Assembly (NCBI RefSeq): GCF_000014785.1
Contig: NC_008340.1
Coordinates: 840,001 to 872,000, forward strand
From: Alkalilimnicola ehrlichii MLHE-1
Lineage (GTDB): Bacteria; Pseudomonadota; Gammaproteobacteria; Nitrococcales; Halorhodospiraceae
DNA: 32,000 bases
Direction of reading: 5' to 3'
The position numbers were made by a program, and so were the translations under genes. Under the pieces are notes generated by a model. It made no database searches. It was not told the origin of the DNA and saw only the letters and a list, made by a program, of their open reading frames with translations. Shown piece after piece: positions 19,398 through 28,300 of the stretch (position 1 is the stretch's first letter; each line of letters opens with the position of its first letter).

Positions 19398-20449
19398 CCC
19401 GGGGGGCGCCGTTCGCCGGTGACCACCGCGTGAACCTCCCGGTGCACGGCCTCGAGTTTCTCGGCGACGGTGGGTGTGATCGTGAAGGGATACATGTCCG
19501 GTGACCCCATGCTCCGGCTCATGCTGTTCATTGCCATGGTCAGTTTGACCCAGGCGTTGAGCAGATACTGGAAGTCATCCCGGTCGGCGAAACTGACGGC
19601 CTTGCCCTCGTCCTCCAGGACCAGTCCGAGCCCTTCGGCGGTCTCCAGCGCGTCCCGCATGTGCAGGTAGTGGGCCCAGGTCTCTGCCCAGTCCTCCCAG
19701 GGGTGGCTGCTGGCGTACCGGCTGATGTGCTGTTCCTGCCAGTACCGGTTCGGCTGGTTGTAATGCTGCCTCAGCGCCTGTCCGTAGTCCTGGCGCTCGT
19801 CGCCGAACACGGCGCGGAAGGTGGGTTGCCGACCGGTGTCGGCAAAGAACCGCTCCCAGAAATAGTGCCCGCTCTCATGGCGGAAGTGACCGAGCAGGGT
19901 CCGGTAGGGCTCGCCCAGCTTCTCCCGCACCGCCTCCCGCCGTACCGGGTCGGCCTCGCCGATATTGATGGTGATCAGCCCGTTGGTGTGACCGGTGGAG
20001 ACGGACTGTCCCTCGATCGGATCGGCGAGAAAGGCGAAGGCCAGGCCGGAGGGGTCTCGAGGGGTTCGGCCGTGGATCGGCAGGCCGATGTGCAGCAACT
20101 GGTAGATCAGGCGGCGTTTGGCCGCCTCCAGCTTGCCCCAGCGTTGCCAGTTTACGGGCACCGAGAGGTCCGGGATGACATGGTTCAGCCGGCAGGCCAG
20201 GCAGTGCGGGTTGGGGTCCTCCGCCGGCACCATCCAGTTGCACACCCCCGAGTGCTCGTAGTGCGCGCACTGGCGGTAGCGGCGCTGGCCGGCCTCGGGA
20301 TTCAGCGCCGTCCAGAGGCCGTCCCGGTCCTGGCGCAGTGCGGAGACGGTGAGCCGATCGGGCAGGAAACCCAACTGATGGTGGCAGTTGAGGCAGTAGG
20401 TGTTGTCAAAGTACAGGTGGTTGCCGCACTGGCACTGGAAGCGTCTCAT
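19391..20449 (-). CDS. Zinc-ribbon plus putative zinc-binding metallopeptidase
   Basis: 352 aa from MRRFQCQCGNHLYFDNTYCLNCHHQLGF; multiple Cys pairs; HFRHESGHYFWERFF (HExxH) and WEDWAETWAHY. ATGA overlap with upstream gene. Confidence 0.88.
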   Translation of the reverse strand: MRRFQCQCGNHLYFDNTYCLNCHHQLGFLPDRLTVSALRQDRDGLWTALNPEAGQRRYRQCAHYEHSGVCNWMVPAEDPNPHCLACRLNHVIPDLSVPVNWQRWGKLEAAKRRLIYQLLHIGLPIHGRTPRDPSGLAFAFLADPIEGQSVSTGHTNGLITINIGEADPVRREAVREKLGEPYRTLLGHFRHESGHYFWERFFADTGRQPTFRAVFGDERQDYGQALRQHYNQPNRYWQEQHISRYASSHPWEDWAETWAHYLHMRDALETAEGLGLVLEDEGKAVSFADRDDFQYLLNAWVKLTMAMNSMSRSMGSPDMYPFTITPTVAEKLEAVHREVHAVVTGERRPPGG

Positions 20450-21381
20450 GGTGTGAACCGGAAGTAGGCGTGCACCACTTCGCCGTGCAGGTTCGCGAAC
20501 CCCTGCTGCAGACTGTCGATGAAATCGTGCATCTCCTGCGGGGACAACCCGGACAGGTTGGCGTCCGCCAGTACCGACTGCAGCTCGGTCAGACGGGCGA
20601 TGGGGCCCTCCCGGGCAGGGAGCTCCCCCAGGCACTGGCGTATTCGCGACAGGGCGAAGCCCACGGCGCGCGGGAAGCGTTCGCCCTGTAACAGGTAGTG
20701 CACCACGTCGCGACCGCGGACCAGCCCGTGGAGGTCTTGGCGATACATCTCGTAGGCGCTGAGCGAGCGCAGGACGCTGATCCAACAGACCGAGGAGTAG
20801 TAGGCATCGCCGTCGTCGCCATCCACCGGGAAGAGGCTGGCATAGCGGACGTCCAGTATCCGCGTCGTCATGTCGGCCCGCTCCAGGTAACGGCCGAGGG
20901 CGATGAACTGATACCGCGGCCCCCGGCTGACAGAGCCATGCAGCACGCCCTGTATCTGCTGGCACTGGGCCACGACGGCGGCCAGCAGATCATAGCGCCG
21001 GCGCCGGCTGGCGATGCCGGCCTCATGGGCCTGGACCAGGTGATGAAGCCCGTTGATGGCCTCCCAGGCCTCGCGGGGCAGAAGATCGCGGGTGACCCGG
21101 GCGTTCTCCCGGGCGCTGTGGGCGCTCGAGGCGATGGAGCCGGGGTAGCCGGTGTCGCTGATCAGAAAGCGCATGACGGTGGGCTCGTTCTCCGAGCCAT
21201 GCTCTGCCCGGTACGGCTCGCTGGCGCCGAGGATCTCCAATAGCGACTGCCAGCTCATGGGCATGCCGGCGGGCAGATCCATCTGGATCTGCGCCGAGGC
21301 CAGCAGCAGTCGCGCGGTGTCCTCGGTACGCTCCAGGTAGCGCGCCAGCCAATAGATGTTCTCGGCCAGTCTCGACAGCAT
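20446..21381 (-). CDS. Alpha-E domain-containing protein (DUF403 family)
   Basis: 311 aa; MLSRLAENIYWLARYLERTEDTARLLL...GRYLERADMTTRILDVRY typical of the family. Confidence 0.93.
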   Translation of the reverse strand: MLSRLAENIYWLARYLERTEDTARLLLASAQIQMDLPAGMPMSWQSLLEILGASEPYRAEHGSENEPTVMRFLISDTGYPGSIASSAHSARENARVTRDLLPREAWEAINGLHHLVQAHEAGIASRRRRYDLLAAVVAQCQQIQGVLHGSVSRGPRYQFIALGRYLERADMTTRILDVRYASLFPVDGDDGDAYYSSVCWISVLRSLSAYEMYRQDLHGLVRGRDVVHYLLQGERFPRAVGFALSRIRQCLGELPAREGPIARLTELQSVLADANLSGLSPQEMHDFIDSLQQGFANLHGEVVHAYFRFTP

Positions 21382-22850
21382 CAGCCCGCCACCCCGTTGG
21401 CCGTATCCTCCCCGGTATCCACCACCCAGGTGTCCTTGCTACCACCCCCCTGGGAGGAATTGACAATCAGTGAGCCCTTGCGCAGCGCCACCCGGCTGAG
21501 CCCGCCGGTGGTCACGTTGAAGCCCTTGCCCTGGAGCACGAACGGGCGCAGGTCCACGTGACGTGGTTCGATCTCCCCGGCGCAGAGGGTGGGGCAGGTG
21601 GAGAGGCTCAGGGTGGGTTGGGCGATGTAATTGCGGGGGTTGGCCCGGATGAGTTCGGCGAACTGGGCCCGTTCGTCGTCGGAGGCGTTGGGGCCGATGA
21701 GCATGCCGTAACCGCCCGATTCATTGGCCGGTTTGATGACCAGTTCGTGCAGGTGGTCGAGCACGTAGGCGCGGGCCTCGGGGTCGACGCACTGCCAGGT
21801 TGGGACGTTCGGCAGTATCGGTTCCTCGCCGAGAAAGTAGCGGATCAGGTCGGGTACATGGGCGTAGACCACCTTGTCGTCGGCCACGCCGGCGCCGGGG
21901 GCGTTGGCGATGGCCACGTGCCCCTTGCGCCAGGCGCGCAGCAGCCCCGGCACACCCAGCGTGGAGTCGGCGCGGAAGGCCTCCGGGTCGAGGAAGTCGT
22001 CATCGATCCGGCGGTAGATGACGTCCACCCGCTCCAGCCCGTGGATGGTGCGCATGTAGACGTGGTCGTCATCACTGACCACCAGGTCGCGCCCCTCCAC
22101 CAGCTCCGCCCCCATCTGCTGCGCCAGGTAGCTATGCTCAAAGTAGGCGGAGTTATAGATGCCCGGGGTCAGGACCACGATTTCCGGGTTGGGGGTGTCC
22201 GGTGCCAGCGAGGCGAGGGTGTCGAGCAACTGGCCCGGGTAGGCATCCACCGGCATGATCCGGTTGTGCTCGAACAGTTCGGGGAATATGCGTTTCATGA
22301 CATGCCGGTTCTCCAGCATGTAGGACACCCCCGAGGGCACGCGCAGGTTGTCCTCCAGAACGTAGAGGGTGCCGTCCTTGTCGCGCACTAGGTCGGTGCC
22401 GCAGACGTGGGCCCATACCCCGTGCGGCGGCGAGATGCCCCGGCATTGCGGCCGGAAGTCGCGGGACTGAAGCACCACGGACTCGGGCACCACGCCGTCG
22501 CGCAACGCCCGCTGGTCGTTGTAGATGTCGTTGATGAATAGATTCAGGGCGCGCAAACGTTGGAAGAGCCCGGCCTGGATGGTCGCCCACTCCTGGCGTT
22601 CGATGATCCGCGGTACGAAATCGAACGGCCAGGAGCGGTCGATGTTCTGGCCGTCAGAGTAGACAGTGAAGGTGATACCCATCGCCCGGATGGTGGCATC
22701 CGCGGCCTGGTGGCGGTCCGCCAGTTCCTCCACCGACAGTGACTTGAGGTACTCGAGCAGGTGCCCGCAGCCGGGCCGGGGCTGACCACTGGCATCCACC
22801 AGTTCGTCGTAGTATCCGTTGCCGGGCCGGTAGCCGTTCCATCGCTGCAT
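21381..22850 (-). CDS. Circularly permuted ATP-grasp protein (DUF404/407 family)
   Basis: Start refined to MQRWNGYRPGNGYYDELVDASG; VLEDNLRVPSGVSYMLENRHVMKR, LVIKPANESGGYGMLIG, LRPFVLQGKGFNVTTGGLSRVALRKGSLIVNSSQGGGSKDTWV. Confidence 0.94.
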   Translation of the reverse strand: MQRWNGYRPGNGYYDELVDASGQPRPGCGHLLEYLKSLSVEELADRHQAADATIRAMGITFTVYSDGQNIDRSWPFDFVPRIIERQEWATIQAGLFQRLRALNLFINDIYNDQRALRDGVVPESVVLQSRDFRPQCRGISPPHGVWAHVCGTDLVRDKDGTLYVLEDNLRVPSGVSYMLENRHVMKRIFPELFEHNRIMPVDAYPGQLLDTLASLAPDTPNPEIVVLTPGIYNSAYFEHSYLAQQMGAELVEGRDLVVSDDDHVYMRTIHGLERVDVIYRRIDDDFLDPEAFRADSTLGVPGLLRAWRKGHVAIANAPGAGVADDKVVYAHVPDLIRYFLGEEPILPNVPTWQCVDPEARAYVLDHLHELVIKPANESGGYGMLIGPNASDDERAQFAELIRANPRNYIAQPTLSLSTCPTLCAGEIEPRHVDLRPFVLQGKGFNVTTGGLSRVALRKGSLIVNSSQGGGSKDTWVVDTGEDTANGVAG

Positions 22851-23049
22851 GTGCGGGCGCCTCCAGGGGGCCGGTGCCCCGAACAGGACGCCAACGCGCG
22901 TTGCCGGGGCTGCAGGCCCTGTTGCCATCGGCCTGAGTATAGGCCAGTCTTGTGTTTTGCAGTGCAACACAGGGTGGCGGGCTTTGCAACTCCCCGGCTG
23001 GCACGCGCATTGCGCGCAGCCCCGCGCCTACGAACCAGGAGATTCGAGA

Positions 23050-23850
23050 ATGTGGCTACGCACGGCTTGCGAGATCCAGTTTCACGAGAGCGTGCCCGCT
23101 CCCTTCGTCCTGATGCTCCGCCCGCGAAGCGGCAAGCATCAATGGGTCGGGCGTGAGACCTATGTGCTGCAGCCCAACGTGCCGGCGGTGGAGTACACGG
23201 ATGCCTACGGCAATCTCTGCCAGCGGCTGGTCTCCCCGCCCGGGGCGTTCCTGATCCGCACCTCGGCGGATGTCTATGTGCCCGACCAGGGTGCTGATGC
23301 CACGGGGGCGCCCTTCGTCGAGGTGCAGGACCTGCCCGATGACGCGCTGACCTACCTCTTGCCCAGCCGTTACTGCGAGTCGGACCGTTTTCTGGACATG
23401 GCCTGGTCCATCGTGGGTGACGCGCACCCCGGCTACGACCAGGTGGCGCGGATAGAGGCGTGGATCCGCGAGCATGTCCACTTCAACCCGGACTCACCCC
23501 ACTTTCAGTTGTCCGCCGTGGAGCTGAACCAGGCGCGGGAGGGCGTATGCCGGGAATTCGCCCACCTGGGCATCGCGCTCTGCCGGGCGCTGTGCGTCCC
23601 CGCGCGGATGGCGGTGGGTTACCTGCACGGGCTCCAGCCCATGGATTTTCACGCCTGGTTCGAGGCCTATGTCGGCGGCCGCTGGTGCGTGTTCGACGCC
23701 ACCCAGCCCCCGGGGCGTCGTGGCCGGGTGACCGTGGCCTACGGGCGGGATGCGGCCGATGTCGCCATCTACAACCAGTTCGGCCCGCCGATGTACCCGA
23801 CGCGGATCAGCGTCACGGTGGATCGCCTGGAGGGGCCGCCTGCGGTGTGA
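23050..23850 (+). CDS. Transglutaminase-like cysteine peptidase family protein
   Basis: 266 aa from MWLRTACEIQFHES; catalytic-type residues in GVCREFAHLG (Cys), DFHAWFEAY (His), CVFDATQ (Asp). Confidence 0.93.
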   Translation: MWLRTACEIQFHESVPAPFVLMLRPRSGKHQWVGRETYVLQPNVPAVEYTDAYGNLCQRLVSPPGAFLIRTSADVYVPDQGADATGAPFVEVQDLPDDALTYLLPSRYCESDRFLDMAWSIVGDAHPGYDQVARIEAWIREHVHFNPDSPHFQLSAVELNQAREGVCREFAHLGIALCRALCVPARMAVGYLHGLQPMDFHAWFEAYVGGRWCVFDATQPPGRRGRVTVAYGRDAADVAIYNQFGPPMYPTRISVTVDRLEGPPAV

Positions 23851-23852
23851 TT

Positions 23853-24323
23853 CTAAAACTCGACGGTGGCCGTGATGGTGTCGTCGTAGACACCGGCTGC
23901 CACATTCTGGTCGGCGAACACCCGTCCGTAGACCGGGTAATACCGGGTCACGGTCAGCACCCCCAGCGTATAACTATCGGTCACCGTCGCCGTATCGTCG
24001 GTGCCGTCGCCCCAGATCTCGGTGCGGGCAGTATCTACATAGAGGTTGTAGTCCAGGGTGTCGGTCGCGCTGCTCAGCGCGCGGGGGTGGTAGCTGCCCC
24101 CGGTGCCGGGATCCAGGCTGATCTCGTATGACACCAGCAGGCTCACCAACCCCAGCAGACTGCAACTGACGCTGACCTCGCTGGCCCCATCCACCTGGGC
24201 CCCGGTGATCGGGTCGTATTGGCCGAAGGCCAGCGGGTCGGCGCTGATAGAGCAAGTATAGGCCTGGGCCGATCCGGACCCGGCGGCGACGAGGAACAGG
24301 GAAAGCCCGATAGCTCGCTTCAT
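23853..24323 (-). CDS. Spore coat U-like (SCPU) domain protein, putative fimbrial subunit
   Basis: Start refined to MKRAIGLSLFLVAAGSGSAQA (signal peptide); C-terminus VYGRVFADQNVAAGVYDDTITATVEF. Confidence 0.85.
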   Translation of the reverse strand: MKRAIGLSLFLVAAGSGSAQAYTCSISADPLAFGQYDPITGAQVDGASEVSVSCSLLGLVSLLVSYEISLDPGTGGSYHPRALSSATDTLDYNLYVDTARTEIWGDGTDDTATVTDSYTLGVLTVTRYYPVYGRVFADQNVAAGVYDDTITATVEF

Positions 24324-26656
24324 TCCGGCGGTACCTCCTTGCAGGTGACGGGACCGATGCGCGGCTGCGGCCCGGCATCGGCGGGACGGGTGATCTGCGC
24401 GGTGCACGCGCGCCCGTCCCAGCGGGCGGTGAGCCGGGCGGTGTCCCGGAGGCCGGTCACGTACACCCAGCCATGGTGCGCCACCGGGAAGCGTTCGTCA
24501 TGCTCCGCCAGGCGCACCGTACTGCCGGCCGGTAGGGGGTCCCCCTGCTCATCCACCAGTTGCACCAGGGCGCCGTAGGCGGGGGCGATGTCGAAATGGG
24601 CCAGCACGCCGCTGCGGCGCCGGGGAACCACCACCAGTTCCGGGCTGTCGATGCGGGCCTCCAGGGGGATGTCGTCCAGTTCAATGGCGAGCCGTTGCGC
24701 CTCGTAGGCACGCAGCCGGGGCACCAGGGCCATGGCGCGCTGGTTGCTGCGGGCCACCAGGTGGTTGTTGCGGTAGATCCCCACCCCCGGGTACTCGCCG
24801 GTGCGCACCACTGCGAAGCCGTCGTCGATACGGCGCGAGGCGAACAGGCCGCCATCCATATAGGCAAAGCCGCCGCGCAGTCCGGCGCGGTAGGCGGTTA
24901 CCCCGGCGCGTTGGGCGGCCGCCACGTCGAAGCTGGTTACCGCGGTATTGCCCCGCAGGCGGGCCTCCAGGCGTTCATTCGGCCCGTCCTCGGCCAGAAC
25001 CCGCCAGCCGATACCCGGGCCGGGCGGTGGGCTGCGTTGCAGGCTCACGCCCTGGCGGCGGCTGTCGCCGTCGCGGGAGTGGTAGGCGCTTCCGGAGGTC
25101 CGTGTGCCCAGCCGGCGGGTCAGGGTGATGCGGATGCTGTGATCGCGGTCCCCCAGCTCCGTCCGGGTCAGGGAGATGGACAGGGCCGTGTGTTCACCCA
25201 GTCGGCGCCGGTGGCTGAGGGTGTAGGAGCGAAAGGTGCGGCTCTCACGCGGCTCCCGGTAGAGGGTGGAGGCGGCCCAGGAGCCGTGGCGGCCGAAGGA
25301 GCGGCTGACGTGGGCTTGGGCCTGGTAGCGCGGCAGGGCCCCGGGCGGCGCACCCAGTTGGGTGTAGTGGCGGCTGGCGTGGCTCAGGCGCAGCCCGAAG
25401 CTGTAAGGCCGGGCCTGGCGTAGCAGTCCGGCGCGGGCAAGCTGGCCCTCGCCCGCGTCGGACTGGCTGACGGCCAGGGTGAGATCTGCAACGGCCCAGT
25501 CCAAGAGCAGGTGACTCAGTGAGAACCCGCCGGTCTGTTGATCCTCGGCGATCTCCAGGCGGCCCTCGCCGGTCAGCGTGGGGCTGAGCCCATGGCGAAT
25601 CAGCCCGGCACCGAAACCGGTACCGTAGCGGTGGCTTTCCCGGCCGAAATCGCGGCGCAGTTGGCCCAACGCCAGGTGATAATCCGTCAGCCCCGGTTTC
25701 AGCAGCCGTGGGTTGGCGTGATAGGGCTGGGTCACCACCTGTTCCCGGCCCAGCAGGTCGCGGATCACCAACTGCATCTCGCCTTCCCCGGTGACCACCG
25801 GTGGGTCACGGATCTCGAAGGGGCCGGGCGGGACGTCCCGCCGGAGGGCAAGCCGGTTGTCCACGTAGAGTTCCAGTGTGGAGGGCAGGGGGGTCTCGCC
25901 GGCCACGGTGGGCGCCGCCGTGGTGCTGAAGTAGGGGTCCAGGGAGAAATCCGTGCCCCATTGGATGCCGCCGAAGCGCATGGGCGAGCCCCAGGCCCCG
26001 GGCCGGGTGGTGCCGTCCCCGATGCGCAGGCGCCGGCGCTGTTCCGGTTGGTCCACCGTCCACTCCGTCTCCAGGCGGACCCACTCCCGATCATCGCCAA
26101 AATCCTGCAGCAGCCATGTCCCGCCGCCACTGCCACCGGCCCCGAACAGCCGGGTTTCGAACAAGCCACTGGTATCCACGTGCCCGGAACCGCGCTGCTG
26201 GGCGTGCAGGTCGTAGTTGAGAAAGGCGCCGCCGGGGCCGGGCGAGGGCGGATGCCGCCGGGGGGTGGGGCTGATCCGGTGGGGGCGGAATATCGAGGCC
26301 GGCCCGCTGATGTGCAGTTCCTGTTGCGGCTCGTCGATGCGGTATTCCAGTTCCGCGATCGCGTCCAGGGGGTAGTGGGGGCTCCCGCCGCGGATGAGCG
26401 GGGCGCTGTCGGGCAGGCGCAGCCCCAGTCGCTCAATGTCATCGCGCGGTAGATAGACCAGTCCATCCAGCTTCAGCGCGAAGGCGCAGAATGGCGCCAA
26501 CTGGCCATTGACCCGGGGTACCAGCAGCACCAGTTCGGCATCCGCAGCGACCGGGCAATCGGGCAGCGTCTCCGCCCGTGCCGGTGCGGCGGCCATCAGT
26601 GCCGCCATCAGTATCAGGAGGTGGAAAAGTGGGATCGCGCACCGGGGCAGGCCCAT
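24320..26656 (-). CDS. Outer membrane fimbrial usher (FimD/PapC-like)
   Basis: 778 aa; signal peptide, FLNYDLHAQQRG, RLRIGDGTT, ELYVDNRLALRRDVPPGPFEIRDPPVVTGEGEMQLVIRDLLGREQVVTQPYH; ATGA overlap with the SCPU gene. Confidence 0.9.
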   Translation of the reverse strand: MGLPRCAIPLFHLLILMAALMAAAPARAETLPDCPVAADAELVLLVPRVNGQLAPFCAFALKLDGLVYLPRDDIERLGLRLPDSAPLIRGGSPHYPLDAIAELEYRIDEPQQELHISGPASIFRPHRISPTPRRHPPSPGPGGAFLNYDLHAQQRGSGHVDTSGLFETRLFGAGGSGGGTWLLQDFGDDREWVRLETEWTVDQPEQRRRLRIGDGTTRPGAWGSPMRFGGIQWGTDFSLDPYFSTTAAPTVAGETPLPSTLELYVDNRLALRRDVPPGPFEIRDPPVVTGEGEMQLVIRDLLGREQVVTQPYHANPRLLKPGLTDYHLALGQLRRDFGRESHRYGTGFGAGLIRHGLSPTLTGEGRLEIAEDQQTGGFSLSHLLLDWAVADLTLAVSQSDAGEGQLARAGLLRQARPYSFGLRLSHASRHYTQLGAPPGALPRYQAQAHVSRSFGRHGSWAASTLYREPRESRTFRSYTLSHRRRLGEHTALSISLTRTELGDRDHSIRITLTRRLGTRTSGSAYHSRDGDSRRQGVSLQRSPPPGPGIGWRVLAEDGPNERLEARLRGNTAVTSFDVAAAQRAGVTAYRAGLRGGFAYMDGGLFASRRIDDGFAVVRTGEYPGVGIYRNNHLVARSNQRAMALVPRLRAYEAQRLAIELDDIPLEARIDSPELVVVPRRRSGVLAHFDIAPAYGALVQLVDEQGDPLPAGSTVRLAEHDERFPVAHHGWVYVTGLRDTARLTARWDGRACTAQITRPADAGPQPRIGPVTCKEVPPE

Positions 26657-26707
26657 GGGGGTGAGATCGGGGCGCTCAACCGTACCGCTCAGGTATCCGG
26701 TCTGCCC

Positions 26708-27460
26708 TCACTCCATTTCGATTTCCGCATTCAGGGCCCCTCGCGGGGTGATGGCGGACAGGTCCAGCCTGGCGGCGTCGCCCCAGTCGGCCTCCTGACC
26801 GAGGTGCCAGTGGGAGGACTGGCCGGGGAGCAGGTAGCGGTGGGTGCCCAGCGTGGCCACCTGTTGTTCCCCGGTTTCGGGATCGCGGGTGGCGACCCGC
26901 AATTCCTGTACATGGGCGTGGATGTTGCCCAGGTTCTCGGCCCGGATCTCCAGACCGCCCGACTCAAGGGCGTGGACCGTCCAGCGCAGGTCGGGCCTTT
27001 CACCGCCCTCCGGCGCCACGAACAGCGGCACCCCCAGGCGCAGGATCACCTGCAGCCGCGCACCGTCACCCTCGGTCGGTGGGGGGCTCTCCTGCAAATA
27101 GATGCGGTAGGCCTGTTCGACCGCTCTGGTGGAATCGGCATTCCGGCCGGCGTGGGCCACCCGCACCACCTGGCTCTCACCGGGCTCCACGGTGAAGATG
27201 GGCGGGGTCACCAGTACCTCATCTGTGGGCGCGTGGATGTCCTCGCCCTCCTCCTGGGTCCAGTGCACCACCTCCGTCTGGATCACCCGGGACCGGTCGC
27301 CGTGATTGCGCAGGGTCAGCGCGGCGGCCGGCGTGTCTTCGTCCAGATGCACGCGCAACGGCGTCACCTGCAGCCCGGAGGCCGCCGACAGGGCGGGCAG
27401 GGACAACAGCAGGCCGGCCAGAAGGGCGGCCGTCCAGAGTACGGGGTTCCCTTTGCGCAT
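26708..27460 (-). CDS. Periplasmic pilus chaperone (PapD-like)
   Basis: Start refined to MRKGNPVLWTAALLAGLLLSLPALSAAS; LQVTPLRVHLDEDTPAAALTLRNHG...VTPPIFTVEPGESQVVRVA...RIYLQE. Confidence 0.9.
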   Translation of the reverse strand: MRKGNPVLWTAALLAGLLLSLPALSAASGLQVTPLRVHLDEDTPAAALTLRNHGDRSRVIQTEVVHWTQEEGEDIHAPTDEVLVTPPIFTVEPGESQVVRVAHAGRNADSTRAVEQAYRIYLQESPPPTEGDGARLQVILRLGVPLFVAPEGGERPDLRWTVHALESGGLEIRAENLGNIHAHVQELRVATRDPETGEQQVATLGTHRYLLPGQSSHWHLGQEADWGDAARLDLSAITPRGALNAEIEME

Positions 27461-27483
27461 GTGTGCCTCCCTTCGGGGTCCGC

Positions 27484-27975
27484 TTACCATTTAACCGTGA
27501 CTTCGATCGTGTCTACGTAGTTACCGACCGCTACGCTCTGTTCGGCGAAGATGCGCCCATAGACAACGTAGGATTGTTCAGAGCCAGTGCCGGACAGGCC
27601 GGTGAGCTCGGCGCCGGAGTCGATGTCGCCCCAGCTGGTCCCTCCGTGGTTGTCATGGTAGAGGTCGTATTCCAGGAAATCGGACTCGTCCGCAAGGGCC
27701 ATGCGGCGTTCGCCCTCCGCGCCGGTATTATCCCCGTCATCCAGCCCGATGTCGTAGGGCGTGTCGCTGGTGCATTGCACGCGGATCTCGCTGTTCTCGT
27801 CGAGAGGGGTATCCGAGAAGGGGTCGTAGGTGCCGAACACCAGGTTGTCGGCATCCACCGTACAGGTTGGGTCCACCGTAGCAGTGACGTCGAAGGTGGC
27901 GGTGTCGGTTTGGGCCACGGCGGTCATGGAGGCGGGGTACAGCGCCGCGAGGGCGAGCAGCAGGCGGAATTTCAT
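27484..27975 (-). CDS. Spore coat U-like (SCPU) domain protein, putative pilin subunit
   Basis: Start refined to MKFRLLLALAAL; ATFDVTATVDPTCTVDADNLVFGTYDP...YVVYGRIFAEQSVAVGNYVDTIEVTVKW. Confidence 0.87.
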   Translation of the reverse strand: MKFRLLLALAALYPASMTAVAQTDTATFDVTATVDPTCTVDADNLVFGTYDPFSDTPLDENSEIRVQCTSDTPYDIGLDDGDNTGAEGERRMALADESDFLEYDLYHDNHGGTSWGDIDSGAELTGLSGTGSEQSYVVYGRIFAEQSVAVGNYVDTIEVTVKW

Positions 27976-28156
27976 GACGGGTGGATCCCTCTTCGGCTGA
28001 ATCAAGGTCGGTATTTGATAACCGTTTCTCGATTATCAGTGCCTTATGCCAAGAATAGCACAGAGGTAGGGCGTCGACTGGGTCAACGTGCGGGCCGCTT
28101 CGTGTGTTTGCGCCAGCCAGGCCGCCTTGCCGGGTCGGCGCGGACCAGGCGGCTGC

Positions 28157-28186
28157 GGCATATCCCATGACGCCGTGGGATATGCC
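28157..28186. repeat. Perfect inverted repeat GGCATATCCCA-N8-TGGGATATGCC
   Basis: 11-bp arms read directly at 28157-28167 and 28176-28186. Confidence 0.8.
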
Positions 28187-28216
28187 TGGGTTCTCCCGGC
28201 TTACCTGGGCCGCGTT

Positions 28217-28262
28217 GCACCACTGCCAGGCGCCATCGGGGTTCGCCTGGCAATGGAGGTGC
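28217..28262. repeat. Compound inverted repeat GCACC...TGCCAGGCG-N11-CGCCTGGCA...GGTGC
   Basis: 9-bp inner arms (28224-28232 / 28244-28252) and 5-bp outer arms (28217-28221 / 28258-28262). Confidence 0.75.
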
Positions 28263-28271
28263 CACGATGAG

Positions 28272-28300
28272 ACTATATAAAACAGCATGTTTTATATAGT
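28272..28300. promoter_or_regulatory. 29-bp near-perfect AT-rich palindrome upstream of TonB receptor gene, candidate operator
   Basis: ACTATATAAAACA-GCA-TGTTTTATATAGT, 13-bp perfect arms. Confidence 0.65.

Noticed and set aside
22851-23049. Divergent promoters between ATP-grasp and transglutaminase genes (TATACT near TTGCAC)
   Set aside because: Spacing of the recognised hexamers is about 20 bp and alternative -35 matches are weak, so no specific promoter can be supported.
26621-27520. 299-aa plus-strand ORF
   Set aside because: Antisense to the pilus chaperone gene, no recognisable motifs.
28217-28262. Possible cobalamin riboswitch because of CCACTG and GCCAC-like words before a TonB receptor
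   Set aside because: The conserved B12-box and multi-arm architecture could not be recognised; only simple inverted repeats are supported by eye. A covariance-model search would settle this.
27737-28288. 183-aa minus-strand ORF in the receptor upstream region
   Set aside because: Overlaps the SCPU gene in another frame and has no coding character; the intergenic part is better explained by inverted repeats.
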